Of a stretch of DNA of 64,000 nucleotides, positions 30,181 to 40,055 are shown piece after piece. Numbering within the stretch: position 1 is the first letter of the stretch; every line of letters starts with the position of its first letter. The notes below the pieces were generated by a model. The model saw only the letters and a program-made list of their open reading frames with translations, was not told where the DNA came from and searched no databases. A program made the translations under genes and the position numbers. Origin of the DNA: a virus; the IMG/VR virus record IMGVR_UViG_3300040801_003393, positions 46,539 to 110,538 of that record. The stretch is one strand, 5' to 3'.

Positions 30181-31841
30181 ATTTAAAAGAAATTCTATCT
30201 AAGATAGAAACAGAATACGATGTGATTACAATTATTGAACTAAATCAATGGCGCGAGTTGCCTTTTTATAAACGAGAATCCTGGTTAAAGAAAGCGTTAT
30301 ACCAAGCAAGGAAAGATGTTTATCAAAATAAAGAAAGAATTGTGCTGACGTTAACGGTTGATTACCAGGCAGATTTAATTTTAGAAATTGTAGAGCGTCT
30401 TATATTTGAAATTGATATTAGTGATTTTTTTGTTACATTCATTACTAATCTTAATCTATCCAGCGACCGAATTTCAATAATTAGGTGTGATAACCCAGTT
30501 ATAACTGTCGTTGATGGCGATGATGTAGAAATGAAATTGATTAAAAAACTTTCCCCGGGATATATTTCCATCGCACCAGAAAAAAGAGATATATCTACAT
30601 TGACTAATTCACAGGCAAATTTACTTTTAGAAAGTGAGACATTTTGTATGTATCCTTGGATACATTTACATGCATACCCAACAGGCGAAGCCTGGCCATG
30701 TTGTCATGCTGAGAGATCTCCAGGAGAACTTGGTTCCTGTCGGGAACAATCACTTCAGGAATTGTGGAATAGTCCGAAACAAAAGCAGCTAAGAAAAGAC
30801 ATGTTAGCCGGGGTCCCAAATAGTTATTGTATTCGTTGTTATGAACGGGAAAAAAGTGGATTTTTTTCTGGCAGGCAATGTGCCAATAAACACCACGGTC
30901 ACCATATAAATCGAGTTGATCATACAAAAGAGGACGGGCATTTAGATCAATTCGAAATGACATATTGGGATATTCGTTTTTCTAATTTGTGTAATCTTAA
31001 ATGTCGCTCATGCGGACATATATTTTCATCTACTTGGTATCAAGATCAAGTTGCATTGGCCGGACCGGATTGGGGCAAGAAAAATAAACCGTTACAAATT
31101 GCTGGACGTTACGAAGGAGATTTATTCCAGCAACTATTAGAACATGTTGATCGTGTTGAACAAATATATTTTGCAGGTGGTGAACCATTGATGATGGAAG
31201 AGCATTACGCTATATTAGATGAACTTGAAAAGCGTAATATGTTCCATGTTCGGTTAATTTACAATACAAATTTTACAAAAACAAAATTTAAGGATAGAGA
31301 GGTTTTTGATTATTGGCGTAAGTTTAAGTCAGTGTCGGTCGGCGCAAGTTTAGACGCAATGGGTCCGAGAGCAGAGTACATACGATCTGGAACTAAGTGG
31401 GAAACAATAGAATCCAATCGCAAGCGAATGATGGAAATTTGCCCTGAGGTAGACTTCTATGTTAGTGCTACTCTTAGTATCATGAACGCATTGCATTTGC
31501 CCGATTTCCATCGCGAATGGGTAGATAAAGGTTTTATTAGAGGACAAGACTTTAATGTTAATATTCTTCAGGATCCGGCATTTTATCGAATCGATATTGC
31601 GCCTCAAGAAATGAAGAAAGAAATCGAACACCGATATATAGAACACCTACTTTGGCTCAAGGGGCAAGATCACATTGAGCGTGCAACCAATGGATTTGAA
31701 AGTGCTATTAGATATATGAATGCAACAGATAACTCATACCTAATAGGTAAATTTTGGGAGAGAACTCTGCAATTAGATGAACTGCGCAATGAATGTATAT
31801 ATGATTATATTCCTGAGTTGAAGAGGTTACACAATGACTGA
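30177..31841 (+). CDS. Radical SAM protein with extra N-terminal domain plus Twitch/SPASM-like domain (3 of 5)
   Basis: CNLKCRSC, AGGEPL, YNTN; CMYPW..PCC..CIRC. Confidence 0.9.
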   Translation: MNLKEILSKIETEYDVITIIELNQWRELPFYKRESWLKKALYQARKDVYQNKERIVLTLTVDYQADLILEIVERLIFEIDISDFFVTFITNLNLSSDRISIIRCDNPVITVVDGDDVEMKLIKKLSPGYISIAPEKRDISTLTNSQANLLLESETFCMYPWIHLHAYPTGEAWPCCHAERSPGELGSCREQSLQELWNSPKQKQLRKDMLAGVPNSYCIRCYEREKSGFFSGRQCANKHHGHHINRVDHTKEDGHLDQFEMTYWDIRFSNLCNLKCRSCGHIFSSTWYQDQVALAGPDWGKKNKPLQIAGRYEGDLFQQLLEHVDRVEQIYFAGGEPLMMEEHYAILDELEKRNMFHVRLIYNTNFTKTKFKDREVFDYWRKFKSVSVGASLDAMGPRAEYIRSGTKWETIESNRKRMMEICPEVDFYVSATLSIMNALHLPDFHREWVDKGFIRGQDFNVNILQDPAFYRIDIAPQEMKKEIEHRYIEHLLWLKGQDHIERATNGFESAIRYMNATDNSYLIGKFWERTLQLDELRNECIYDYIPELKRLHND

Positions 31842-33411
31842 GTATCGACGATTAGCCACAATAAATGCCAATGAATTTAGGTCAAAGTTCGAACTTATTA
31901 AAGAACTAAAAAAATATTATAAAGAAGAATATCAAAATGACGAAAGAATAGTTGTTAACATCAATGAAACATTTAATAATAGCATCTACGGTGACCATCT
32001 TTCGATGTTACAACTTGCATTGAATGATATTGATATATCAAACTTTTTTATTCTAGTTAATAGTAATGATAACAATATTAAAGAACATGTTAAGTGGGTT
32101 ACTGATAACCTGAGTTACGATACAGTTTCTGTGCAAATTTCAGAAACCAACAATGATAGATACCAGGCAACAAGATCCCAATTAAAAACCAGATATCCTC
32201 AATTAAATATCCCAACTGAGTCTTTTTGTGTGTTGCCATGGATTAGTCTTGAAGCCGGGCCAATTGGCACGGTTCGTCCTTGTTGCTTAACAGACGACGA
32301 AATAAAAGACGAGTACGACCAACCTTATACGTTAACAGAAAATTCACTGAGCGAAATACATAATTCAGAGTGGATGCAAATTTTACGTTCAGAATTTCTT
32401 CAGGGTAAGAAGCCAACGACTTGTCGAAAGTGCTGGGACACAGAAGCCGCAGGTATTAAAAGCAAGAGACAACATATGCAAGACCGGTTAAAGGAGATCC
32501 TGGCTACGGAAATAAAATGGACAGAAGATGCAAAATCACTAATGTTTCTTGATTTAAAACTTGGAAATATCTGCAACTTAAAGTGCCGTATTTGCGGAAG
32601 TTGGTCTAGTTCAACTTTTGCTACAGAAGAATTAGAACAAGTTAAAAGTAAGAAAGATAGTTGGCATTATGTAATGCTATCGCAAGGACGCTGGCCGCGT
32701 ACATCGCCACACTTTTGGGAAGACCTATATAAGATGAGTTCAGACTTGCGGTATATTGAATTTACCGGTGGTGAACCATTTATGATTAAAGAGCACTTTG
32801 CATATTTGCAATACCTAGTCGACCAGGGTTTTGCACAAAACATCGAAATACATTATAACACAAATGGAACACAGTGGCCAGAAGAGCATATACACTTATG
32901 GAAACATTTTAAGTTAGTTGAAATTGCTTTCTCAATTGACAATATTGGAATTCGATTCGAATACGAAAGAACAAATGCTACGTGGCCGGAGGTTGTTTAT
33001 AACCTAAAACATTTCTTTGAACTGCGTAACAAAAACAAAAATATTCAGTTGCAATTATGTACAACCATTAATATTTATAATGTTTTGTACTTAGAAAGCA
33101 TCTGCCATTGGGAATTTTTTGATAAGTTTGATTTTGTTTATTGGAATATGTTACATAATAGCCCAGAAAATTGCATTCAAGCGTTGCCGCCTTCAGTGAA
33201 GTCCGCTGTGGCTGCAACACTACGTCGCGCGAAGGTTGACGAAAAAACTCGTCAAGAGTTTGATAAAGTCATTGAATTCATGAATAGATCAAACGGTGTG
33301 TTTCCTAAAGCAGTTACAGATCGAATCGACGAATTAGATGAGAGAAGAGACCATAGTTTGCGTTCTACTCATCCCGAATTATATAGGCTCTTATATGAAG
33401 AGGCCAACTAA
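31834..33411 (+). CDS. Radical SAM protein with extra N-terminal domain plus Twitch/SPASM-like domain (4 of 5)
   Basis: CNLKCRIC, TGGEPF, YNTNG; CVLPW..PCC..CRKC. Confidence 0.9.
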   Translation: MTEYRRLATINANEFRSKFELIKELKKYYKEEYQNDERIVVNINETFNNSIYGDHLSMLQLALNDIDISNFFILVNSNDNNIKEHVKWVTDNLSYDTVSVQISETNNDRYQATRSQLKTRYPQLNIPTESFCVLPWISLEAGPIGTVRPCCLTDDEIKDEYDQPYTLTENSLSEIHNSEWMQILRSEFLQGKKPTTCRKCWDTEAAGIKSKRQHMQDRLKEILATEIKWTEDAKSLMFLDLKLGNICNLKCRICGSWSSSTFATEELEQVKSKKDSWHYVMLSQGRWPRTSPHFWEDLYKMSSDLRYIEFTGGEPFMIKEHFAYLQYLVDQGFAQNIEIHYNTNGTQWPEEHIHLWKHFKLVEIAFSIDNIGIRFEYERTNATWPEVVYNLKHFFELRNKNKNIQLQLCTTINIYNVLYLESICHWEFFDKFDFVYWNMLHNSPENCIQALPPSVKSAVAATLRRAKVDEKTRQEFDKVIEFMNRSNGVFPKAVTDRIDELDERRDHSLRSTHPELYRLLYEEAN

Positions 33412-34723
33412 TAAACCAGATAATTTGTGTATGGCTCCTTGGACCCATACATATCTTTCTCCGCAAACAGAACGACGAATGTGTTGTGCAAGTAGAGAAC
33501 CAGCACAGAACTTTGAGCAGTACATTGATACTGCCGCAGGGTCTGGCCAGTATGAACCATTAACTCTTGAAGAGCACTGGAATGGTGATCATATGCGTTC
33601 AGTACGTCGACGTATGATGTACGGAGAAATATTGCCAGAGTGTGAGGTATGCAATCATAAGTTATTAAACACTGATGTTTACCGTGATTACTTCTGGCAT
33701 CTATTTAAACACAAGTATGATGACATATGGGACTTAACCGACGAGTCGGGCTATACAGAGATGGAACCGATTAGTTGGGACTATAGATTTTCAAACTTGT
33801 GTAACTTTGCATGTATGCAATGTGGTGATATGCTAAGTTCGCAATGGGAAGCGGAAGAGCGCAAACATGATATGATTAACTGGCACGATTCTAAAAATAA
33901 TTGGATGAAGCCAGAGATACGTTCTCAAATTAAAGACTTTCAAGTAACACAAATCAACGAAGAATTTTCCAAAGCAGTTGAAGAACATCGAGTAGAAGAA
34001 ATATACTGGGTTGGTGGTGAGCCGTTGATGATGGAAGAACACTGGCGGTATATGAAACGTATTGTTGACTTAAATGACGGCGGAAGAGTTTATGCAAGAT
34101 ACAATACAAACTTGTCGAGAGTAGAGTACAAAGGAGTACATTTGTATCGAGATATATTACCATATATTCGTGACTGGCAAATATGTGCAAGCATTGATGG
34201 GTTAGGCGAAATAGGCGAGTATATACGTTACGGGTTAAGCGAATCGGTATTTTTAGACAATTACTATGCAGGACTGGAGATTGCAAAGAACCCTCGCAAC
34301 ATGCGGTTGGATTTTACTTTAACCCTGCCAGGATTATTTTGCATGAAGGATATGTTTAATTTAAGTAAAGAAACAAATACAACCTTATTGTCAAAAGTAA
34401 CATTTGCGTTTAGCCCAGACATTATGATGTCACCACTTATGTTACCACGTACAATACTAGAACGAATAGTTAAAGAGTTCTTAACATGGGCAGATAATGA
34501 GGGCTGGGATAATAATCAACGCCCATTAATTGATGTATTGCAAAACTTATTAAATCGTCCTACGTTTGAGGAACGGTGGCCAGAACAATTTAGAGAAGGC
34601 CAAGTTAAAGGTAAAAATCGTACTAAACGGATCGAGTCGATTAGGTTGCAATCTTGCACCTTAGAAGATATACTTAGAACAGAGGACACGGAAGCATATG
34701 AATGGTACAAAAGTATTGCTTGA
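33395..34723 (+). CDS. Radical SAM protein with N-terminal Twitch/SPASM-like domain (5 of 5)
   Basis: CNFACMQC, VGGEPL, YNTN; CMAPW..MCC..CEVC. Confidence 0.9.
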   Translation: MKRPTNKPDNLCMAPWTHTYLSPQTERRMCCASREPAQNFEQYIDTAAGSGQYEPLTLEEHWNGDHMRSVRRRMMYGEILPECEVCNHKLLNTDVYRDYFWHLFKHKYDDIWDLTDESGYTEMEPISWDYRFSNLCNFACMQCGDMLSSQWEAEERKHDMINWHDSKNNWMKPEIRSQIKDFQVTQINEEFSKAVEEHRVEEIYWVGGEPLMMEEHWRYMKRIVDLNDGGRVYARYNTNLSRVEYKGVHLYRDILPYIRDWQICASIDGLGEIGEYIRYGLSESVFLDNYYAGLEIAKNPRNMRLDFTLTLPGLFCMKDMFNLSKETNTTLLSKVTFAFSPDIMMSPLMLPRTILERIVKEFLTWADNEGWDNNQRPLIDVLQNLLNRPTFEERWPEQFREGQVKGKNRTKRIESIRLQSCTLEDILRTEDTEAYEWYKSIA

Positions 34724-35801
34724 TGAGATTGAAATTCAATTAAGAAACATCGATACTGGGCACTTACATACAATTTACATTGATGTATTTGATACCTCGC
34801 TATCGAGAAAATGGTATGCAGCATTAAACGGGTTATTAGAAAATAAGAATCACCTGGAAAAGAATTATTGCTTCATGGGTTTTGCTGATTATGCTCGCAA
34901 TGGCGAGTATATACTAAACAAAGTTAACGAGTCTATTGCTGCTATTAATGAGGCAGACTTAGGATACGTCATAAACGATAACTTTACAATGGACAATTCG
35001 CTTGAAAGCGGAGAAGTCGGGCCTAACCTCCCAGGACGAAAAATTATACACGACAAGTTTAATTGGCTCCATCGATACTTTGAAGACCTTCAAGGAACGT
35101 TTGGCCACGGCGGTAGCGGTTCATCATTTTATAACCGTGCTGATCCCAAAACAAAATGGCATATACGTCAACTTAATTTGCTTTGTCACGAATTTGAAAG
35201 TTGGGCACTATCGTATAGAAAAGTAATTGAAGCGCCCGAGTGGCAACGTCCATCGACATTAATGTGTTGGATAAATGCTCCGCGCTTTGAATTAACAGAA
35301 GAAGATTATGAAAGTTTTGGAATTGAAACATTAAATCGTCCGTATGGTGGTGTACACGTTGGTGTAAATAAAGCAGTCGGAAAGCACCACTGGGAGGTTT
35401 TTGTTGACGAGGGCGATGCATATGATCGATCCAAGGATGAAACCGTAACCTCAGTATTACGACCGCAATCACAAGCCGCTGGAGACTTTGATATTGAGTG
35501 GGGAAAAGGTGTTGCTGAATTTAGTTTCCATAAAGAAAAAATAGAAAAGTTTCAGCAATGGCTTATTAAAAACGGATGGGATCCAGAAGATAAAAGTTTA
35601 ACAATTGGACATCCACAAGTAGGACAAGTTAATTTGATTAAATCGTTTGGTACCAGTGATCCTGCTACCGGCTGGGAAATTTTAAATAATCACCTAGATG
35701 TTTACTCGGTTCATACTAGTGAAGCAAGAGCGGAGTATCCATACCATTGGTCCGATAAGGATTATATGGAGCAACAAGTAAAGGCATTAGGAGGCAGGTA
35801 A
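34698..35801 (+). CDS. Hypothetical protein (367 aa) in the modification locus
   Basis: Long ORF overlapping both neighbours; FNWLHRYFE and LNLLCHEFE helices. Confidence 0.75.
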   Translation: MNGTKVLLDEIEIQLRNIDTGHLHTIYIDVFDTSLSRKWYAALNGLLENKNHLEKNYCFMGFADYARNGEYILNKVNESIAAINEADLGYVINDNFTMDNSLESGEVGPNLPGRKIIHDKFNWLHRYFEDLQGTFGHGGSGSSFYNRADPKTKWHIRQLNLLCHEFESWALSYRKVIEAPEWQRPSTLMCWINAPRFELTEEDYESFGIETLNRPYGGVHVGVNKAVGKHHWEVFVDEGDAYDRSKDETVTSVLRPQSQAAGDFDIEWGKGVAEFSFHKEKIEKFQQWLIKNGWDPEDKSLTIGHPQVGQVNLIKSFGTSDPATGWEILNNHLDVYSVHTSEARAEYPYHWSDKDYMEQQVKALGGR

Positions 35802-35905
35802 TGTTTAATTGGATAAAAAGAATAATTAATAAAATTAAACTAGAAGTTCGTTATCGAAAAAAGATGAAAGAACTAAAAAAGAAAGACCCGTTTATCTATA
35901 AATGA
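35801..35905 (+). CDS. 34-aa basic peptide absent from the ORF track (MFNWIKRIINKIKLEVRYRKKMKELKKKDPFIYK)
   Basis: SD AGGAGG; start overlaps the upstream stop and its stop overlaps the carbamoyltransferase ATG. Confidence 0.65.
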   Translation: MFNWIKRIINKIKLEVRYRKKMKELKKKDPFIYK

Positions 35906-37419
35906 AAAATATATTAGGAATATCGGCTGGATTCCATGACGCAGGGCTTTCAGTAATAAGTCCGGCCGGCGACATTTTGTTTGCAAGTCACGCCGAGAGA
36001 TTTTCAAAGAAAAAACATGACGCTGAAATGTGTACGCATATGGTAAATTATGCAATGCAGTTTGGCGAAGTTGATACGATTGCATATTATGAAAGGCCAT
36101 GGTTAAAAAACTTAAGAATGGTCAGGTCAGGCCAAGGGGCTGATTCGCCATGGCAATTAAAAAATGTATTAAATAAACATTTGTTTTTTCATCCAAAGTT
36201 AGTCAACAATGCAAATTTAAAGGCATTCGGTCATCATCTATCACACGCAGCAGCAGGCTTTCAAACCTCGCCGTTTGATGATGCCACTGTGCTTGTTATT
36301 GATGCAATTGGTGAGTTTGATACAGTTAGTGTTTGGAATGCATGGTACGATAAAAAAGGTAATGCACAATACAAACTGCGGTGGAGGATGAAGTACCCAG
36401 ATTCTATTGGTATGTTTTATTCGGCTATGACTAAGTTCGTGGGATTACGCCCAATGGACGAAGAGTACATTTTAATGGGTATGGCTGCATACGGAAAAAA
36501 TATCGAAGTAGTTGGAAAGATGGCTGATCGCTTTTTAGCAGTACCAGACCCATCACATGAGCCATTCACTTTTAAGGATAATTTACATATCGGAGTTGAC
36601 ACCGACTGGATACAAAAAGAACATATCTCTGATTTTGATATTGCTATGGCCACCCAAGAAATATTAGAATGGCAATTACATCGAATCATGCTGAAGAGTA
36701 TGCAATATCGGAACTCTGGAAATTTAGTTTATATGGGTGGTGTAGCATTAAACTGTTTAGCAAATAGAGCCCTCGGACGATACTATAAAGATGTCTGGAT
36801 TATGCCAAACCCAGGCGATGCTGGTTCAAGTTTAGGTGCAGCAGCCCTAGCCTATAAAAAGAAACTTAACTGGAAAGATGCATATCTCGGTTATAACATC
36901 GAGGGCGAGTATCCAGTTAAACCTATAATTGATGAATTGATAGTTAATAAGATTGTTGGTGTAGCAAATGGTCGAGCCGAGTTTGGGCCAAGAGCATTAG
37001 GCAATAGATCTTTACTGGCAGATCCACGCGGCCACGATATTAAAGACAAAGTTAATGAAATTAAACGCAGGCAACAATTCCGCCCATTTGCTCCAGTCAT
37101 ACTTGAAGAACATGTGCGTGAATATTTCAATATGCCAACCGGGTTTAATACATCACCGTATATGCAAGTCGTTGCCAAGTGTAAGCGCCCAGATGAGTTT
37201 CCAGCGATCATACATGCCGACGGTACTAGTCGAGTACAAACGGTTGCTAATGATGGTTCCGGCATAAGAAAATTATTAGAAGCCTGGAAAGTTTATACCG
37301 GCTGTCCTATGCTACTAAACACATCACTGAACATTCGTGGCGAACCAATGGTTAATGATGTTAGTGACGCAAAACGATTTGAAGATTTGTATAAAGTAAA
37401 GGTTTTTACAAGTGTTTGA
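35902..37419 (+). CDS. Carbamoyltransferase, NodU/CmcH family
   Basis: ILGISAGFHD, HHLSHAA, GGVALN, GDAGSSLGA, EFGPRALGNRSLL, RPFAP and LNTSLN motifs. Confidence 0.95.
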   Translation: MKNILGISAGFHDAGLSVISPAGDILFASHAERFSKKKHDAEMCTHMVNYAMQFGEVDTIAYYERPWLKNLRMVRSGQGADSPWQLKNVLNKHLFFHPKLVNNANLKAFGHHLSHAAAGFQTSPFDDATVLVIDAIGEFDTVSVWNAWYDKKGNAQYKLRWRMKYPDSIGMFYSAMTKFVGLRPMDEEYILMGMAAYGKNIEVVGKMADRFLAVPDPSHEPFTFKDNLHIGVDTDWIQKEHISDFDIAMATQEILEWQLHRIMLKSMQYRNSGNLVYMGGVALNCLANRALGRYYKDVWIMPNPGDAGSSLGAAALAYKKKLNWKDAYLGYNIEGEYPVKPIIDELIVNKIVGVANGRAEFGPRALGNRSLLADPRGHDIKDKVNEIKRRQQFRPFAPVILEEHVREYFNMPTGFNTSPYMQVVAKCKRPDEFPAIIHADGTSRVQTVANDGSGIRKLLEAWKVYTGCPMLLNTSLNIRGEPMVNDVSDAKRFEDLYKVKVFTSV

Positions 37420-39040
37420 CATTTTTTACATCCACAATCCACCACACGGAAGACTTGCTAGCATTGCTAAGCAGGTAGAAACAATAGCAGATGCCCGATC
37501 AGCGGCAAAAACCCGTTACTGTTGGGTTGTGGATGGCTTTAATAATTACGATGATTTTGATTTTCTATGGGAACCAAAACCCTGGGAAGCCAATCGAGAT
37601 CACGTATGGCCGTCACAGCATCAACAGCATGGCGGAACAATGTTGCTAACAAAAGATTGGGGAGGGGATACAAACTATAACCATCCTGTTGTTCCCCGCG
37701 TAACTGCACCCAACATCATTTATTTAGACATAGGCAATTCTGAATCAGACGAACAATACGACATACTTCAAAAGCAGTTTAACATAGTTAAGACGCGGTT
37801 TATAGCAGATTACCACGGTACGCTAAAACGTGTTATTAGTAAGATTGAAGAACCATATGTTTGGGTTATTGGTTCTGTTTGTGACTACGAAGAGTTTGAT
37901 TTTACTTGGCACCCAAGCGAATGGCAAAGAGATATGTTGCATGTATTTCCGTCGAGCGAACAAAAGTTTGGAGATACGTTTTATATCCCAGTACAAAAAT
38001 TCAAAGAAAACCCAGGAGAACTATTAGAATGGTTTGACACAATCTGTTTCCAAGATCAAACCGTACCTCGATTTGCCCCGCCTATTGTTTACAAGTCAAA
38101 GACCGATACAATTGCTGAGTTAGCTAAGTCAGCAAAGTTCAATGGACCAATTGGTGTATTAACAACTGATCCAACTCTGCAAATGTATCCTGAAGTAGTC
38201 CCGGCAATTAATCTTTGGAGGAAAGAAACAAGAACGATCGTTCCAATAACAAAGAGTCATTCTATTGCAGTATTTCCTCGTGATGCTTTAGCAGATGTTA
38301 AACATGAAGTCTATGATTACCCCTACATTGATAAATCGCTAGAAAACAAATACGGTGAGCCACCGCTTGATGTAGTATTTTTAAGCAACGGCGAAACAAA
38401 TGCCGAAGAAAATTTAGCATACCTCAAAGAACATTTGCCAGAGAAAATGACATTACATGAAGTGTCTGGTATCAATGGTCGTGTTGCAGCATATCAAGCA
38501 TGTGCTGAGGCGGCCAACACTGACTGGTTGTTTATTGTTTGGGGTAAGTTAAAGATCAATAAACATTTTGATTGGTCTTGGCAGCCAGATCGGTTCCAGC
38601 AAGCAAAGCATTATATCTTCTATGCTCGCAACCCAGTAACTAATTTAGTTTATGGACACATGGGAATGGCTGCGTACAATAAACGATTAACATTAAAGAA
38701 CGATGGTAGCGGCTTAGATTTTATCATGTCCCAACCGCATGAGGTTGTACCGTTATTGTCTGGTACAGCCGAGTATGCCCATAATCCGTGGATGGCCTGG
38801 CGCACCTCATTTCGAGAGGTGTTGAAGTTAAAAAGTTTTGAGAAAACCGATGCCAAAGCAGCCACTCGACTTAACAGTTGGATGACCGTTGGCGATGGAG
38901 AATTTGGACAGTGGTCTTTGTTGGGCGCTAAAGACGGAATTGATTATTACAAGTCAGTTAATGGTAACTTTGAAAGTCTGAAATTGAGTTATGAGTGGGC
39001 CTGGCTTCGCGAACGATTTGACAAACTTTATCCTGGATAA
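37412..39040 (+). CDS. Multi-repeat glycosyltransferase-like protein
   Basis: C-terminal domain parallels 26229..27170 (LDVVFLS.., AWRTSFREVLKL); three related internal repeats. Confidence 0.6.
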   Translation: MFDIFYIHNPPHGRLASIAKQVETIADARSAAKTRYCWVVDGFNNYDDFDFLWEPKPWEANRDHVWPSQHQQHGGTMLLTKDWGGDTNYNHPVVPRVTAPNIIYLDIGNSESDEQYDILQKQFNIVKTRFIADYHGTLKRVISKIEEPYVWVIGSVCDYEEFDFTWHPSEWQRDMLHVFPSSEQKFGDTFYIPVQKFKENPGELLEWFDTICFQDQTVPRFAPPIVYKSKTDTIAELAKSAKFNGPIGVLTTDPTLQMYPEVVPAINLWRKETRTIVPITKSHSIAVFPRDALADVKHEVYDYPYIDKSLENKYGEPPLDVVFLSNGETNAEENLAYLKEHLPEKMTLHEVSGINGRVAAYQACAEAANTDWLFIVWGKLKINKHFDWSWQPDRFQQAKHYIFYARNPVTNLVYGHMGMAAYNKRLTLKNDGSGLDFIMSQPHEVVPLLSGTAEYAHNPWMAWRTSFREVLKLKSFEKTDAKAATRLNSWMTVGDGEFGQWSLLGAKDGIDYYKSVNGNFESLKLSYEWAWLRERFDKLYPG

Positions 39041-40055
39041 ACTCAACTTCCTCGAGCGTAAGTTCAGGATAAAACGGCAATGAGATACTACACTTAGATA
39101 GTCGTGTACTAGTATCGCCGCCATAGTAGGGTAGCGCAGCAAATAACCCAACGGTATGTAACGGATTGGAGTAATGAACTCTGGCTTCAATGCCGTTGCG
39201 ATACAATTCGTTTAATACATAATCACGATTATCAACTTGTATAACAAATTTATGCAATGCATGCTTGTTGATGTTATCTAGAGTAATCATTGTCTTAATG
39301 TTATTTGCATTAAATGCATCTATCCATTTTAATGCAATTTGTTTTCTAGCCGCTTGCCACTGGTCAAGGTATTTTGTTTTTACCATGAGCATAGCACAAT
39401 CCATTTCGTTCATACGCGAGTTTGACCCAGGCATTAAATGCACATATCTCTTCCCGTGCGCTCGGTAATTTAGTGCATACTCGTATAGTTCATCGTCGTT
39501 AGTAACAATAGCACCACCGTTGCCGTAGTTTGGAAGGTTCTTAGTCGGATCAAAACTTATAGCGGTAGTAGTTGACATGCGATGACAGTTGTTGCTAAGC
39601 CAATGCTGAGCACCATCTTCAACCAAACATCCTTGATTTAATCGGTCAGGCAATGCAATACCGTGCAAGCCAACACCAACTATAATGTCAAAAGCATGTT
39701 GCTCGGGAGGTAGAATAACACCATCCTCATCGCAATCGGCCAAACAAATATCCCAACCAGCAGTGACAAAGGCATTGATAGTAGCAGGGAATGTATAAGA
39801 TGGCAATAGAGCATACTTGCCATTCTCTTTATAGTAACGAGCAATAATTTCTAGAGCATTTGTACCGCTGCCGCAAGTAACAGCATACGGCATTTGATTT
39901 TTTATAGCCAACCAATCTTCAAACTGCTCAGTATACGGACCATCAAGCAGTCGTCCAGTTTCGGCTACTGTGGCATACGCAGTCATTAGTTCTTCTTTGT
40001 GTAAAAGAAACTGCCGACTAAGGTTGTTAAATGGAATTTGTTTTGAGCCAGTCAT
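38958..40055 (-). CDS. DegT/DnrJ/EryC1/StrS PLP-dependent NDP-sugar aminotransferase
   Basis: SGTNAL, TFPAT, VEDGAQ, SFDPTKNL..GNGGAIVT and NSRM motifs. Confidence 0.92.
   Translation of the reverse strand: MTGSKQIPFNNLSRQFLLHKEELMTAYATVAETGRLLDGPYTEQFEDWLAIKNQMPYAVTCGSGTNALEIIARYYKENGKYALLPSYTFPATINAFVTAGWDICLADCDEDGVILPPEQHAFDIIVGVGLHGIALPDRLNQGCLVEDGAQHWLSNNCHRMSTTTAISFDPTKNLPNYGNGGAIVTNDDELYEYALNYRAHGKRYVHLMPGSNSRMNEMDCAMLMVKTKYLDQWQAARKQIALKWIDAFNANNIKTMITLDNINKHALHKFVIQVDNRDYVLNELYRNGIEARVHYSNPLHTVGLFAALPYYGGDTSTRLSKCSISLPFYPELTLEEVEFIQDKVCQIVREARPTHNSISDFQSYH

Noticed and set aside
27167-35905. Radical SAM array as a RiPP cluster or a 7-deazaguanine (QueE) DNA-modification pathway
   Set aside because: No RRE domain, transporter, clear precursor, or queC/queD/folE/dpdA; the context is sugar chemistry. 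Not fully excluded.
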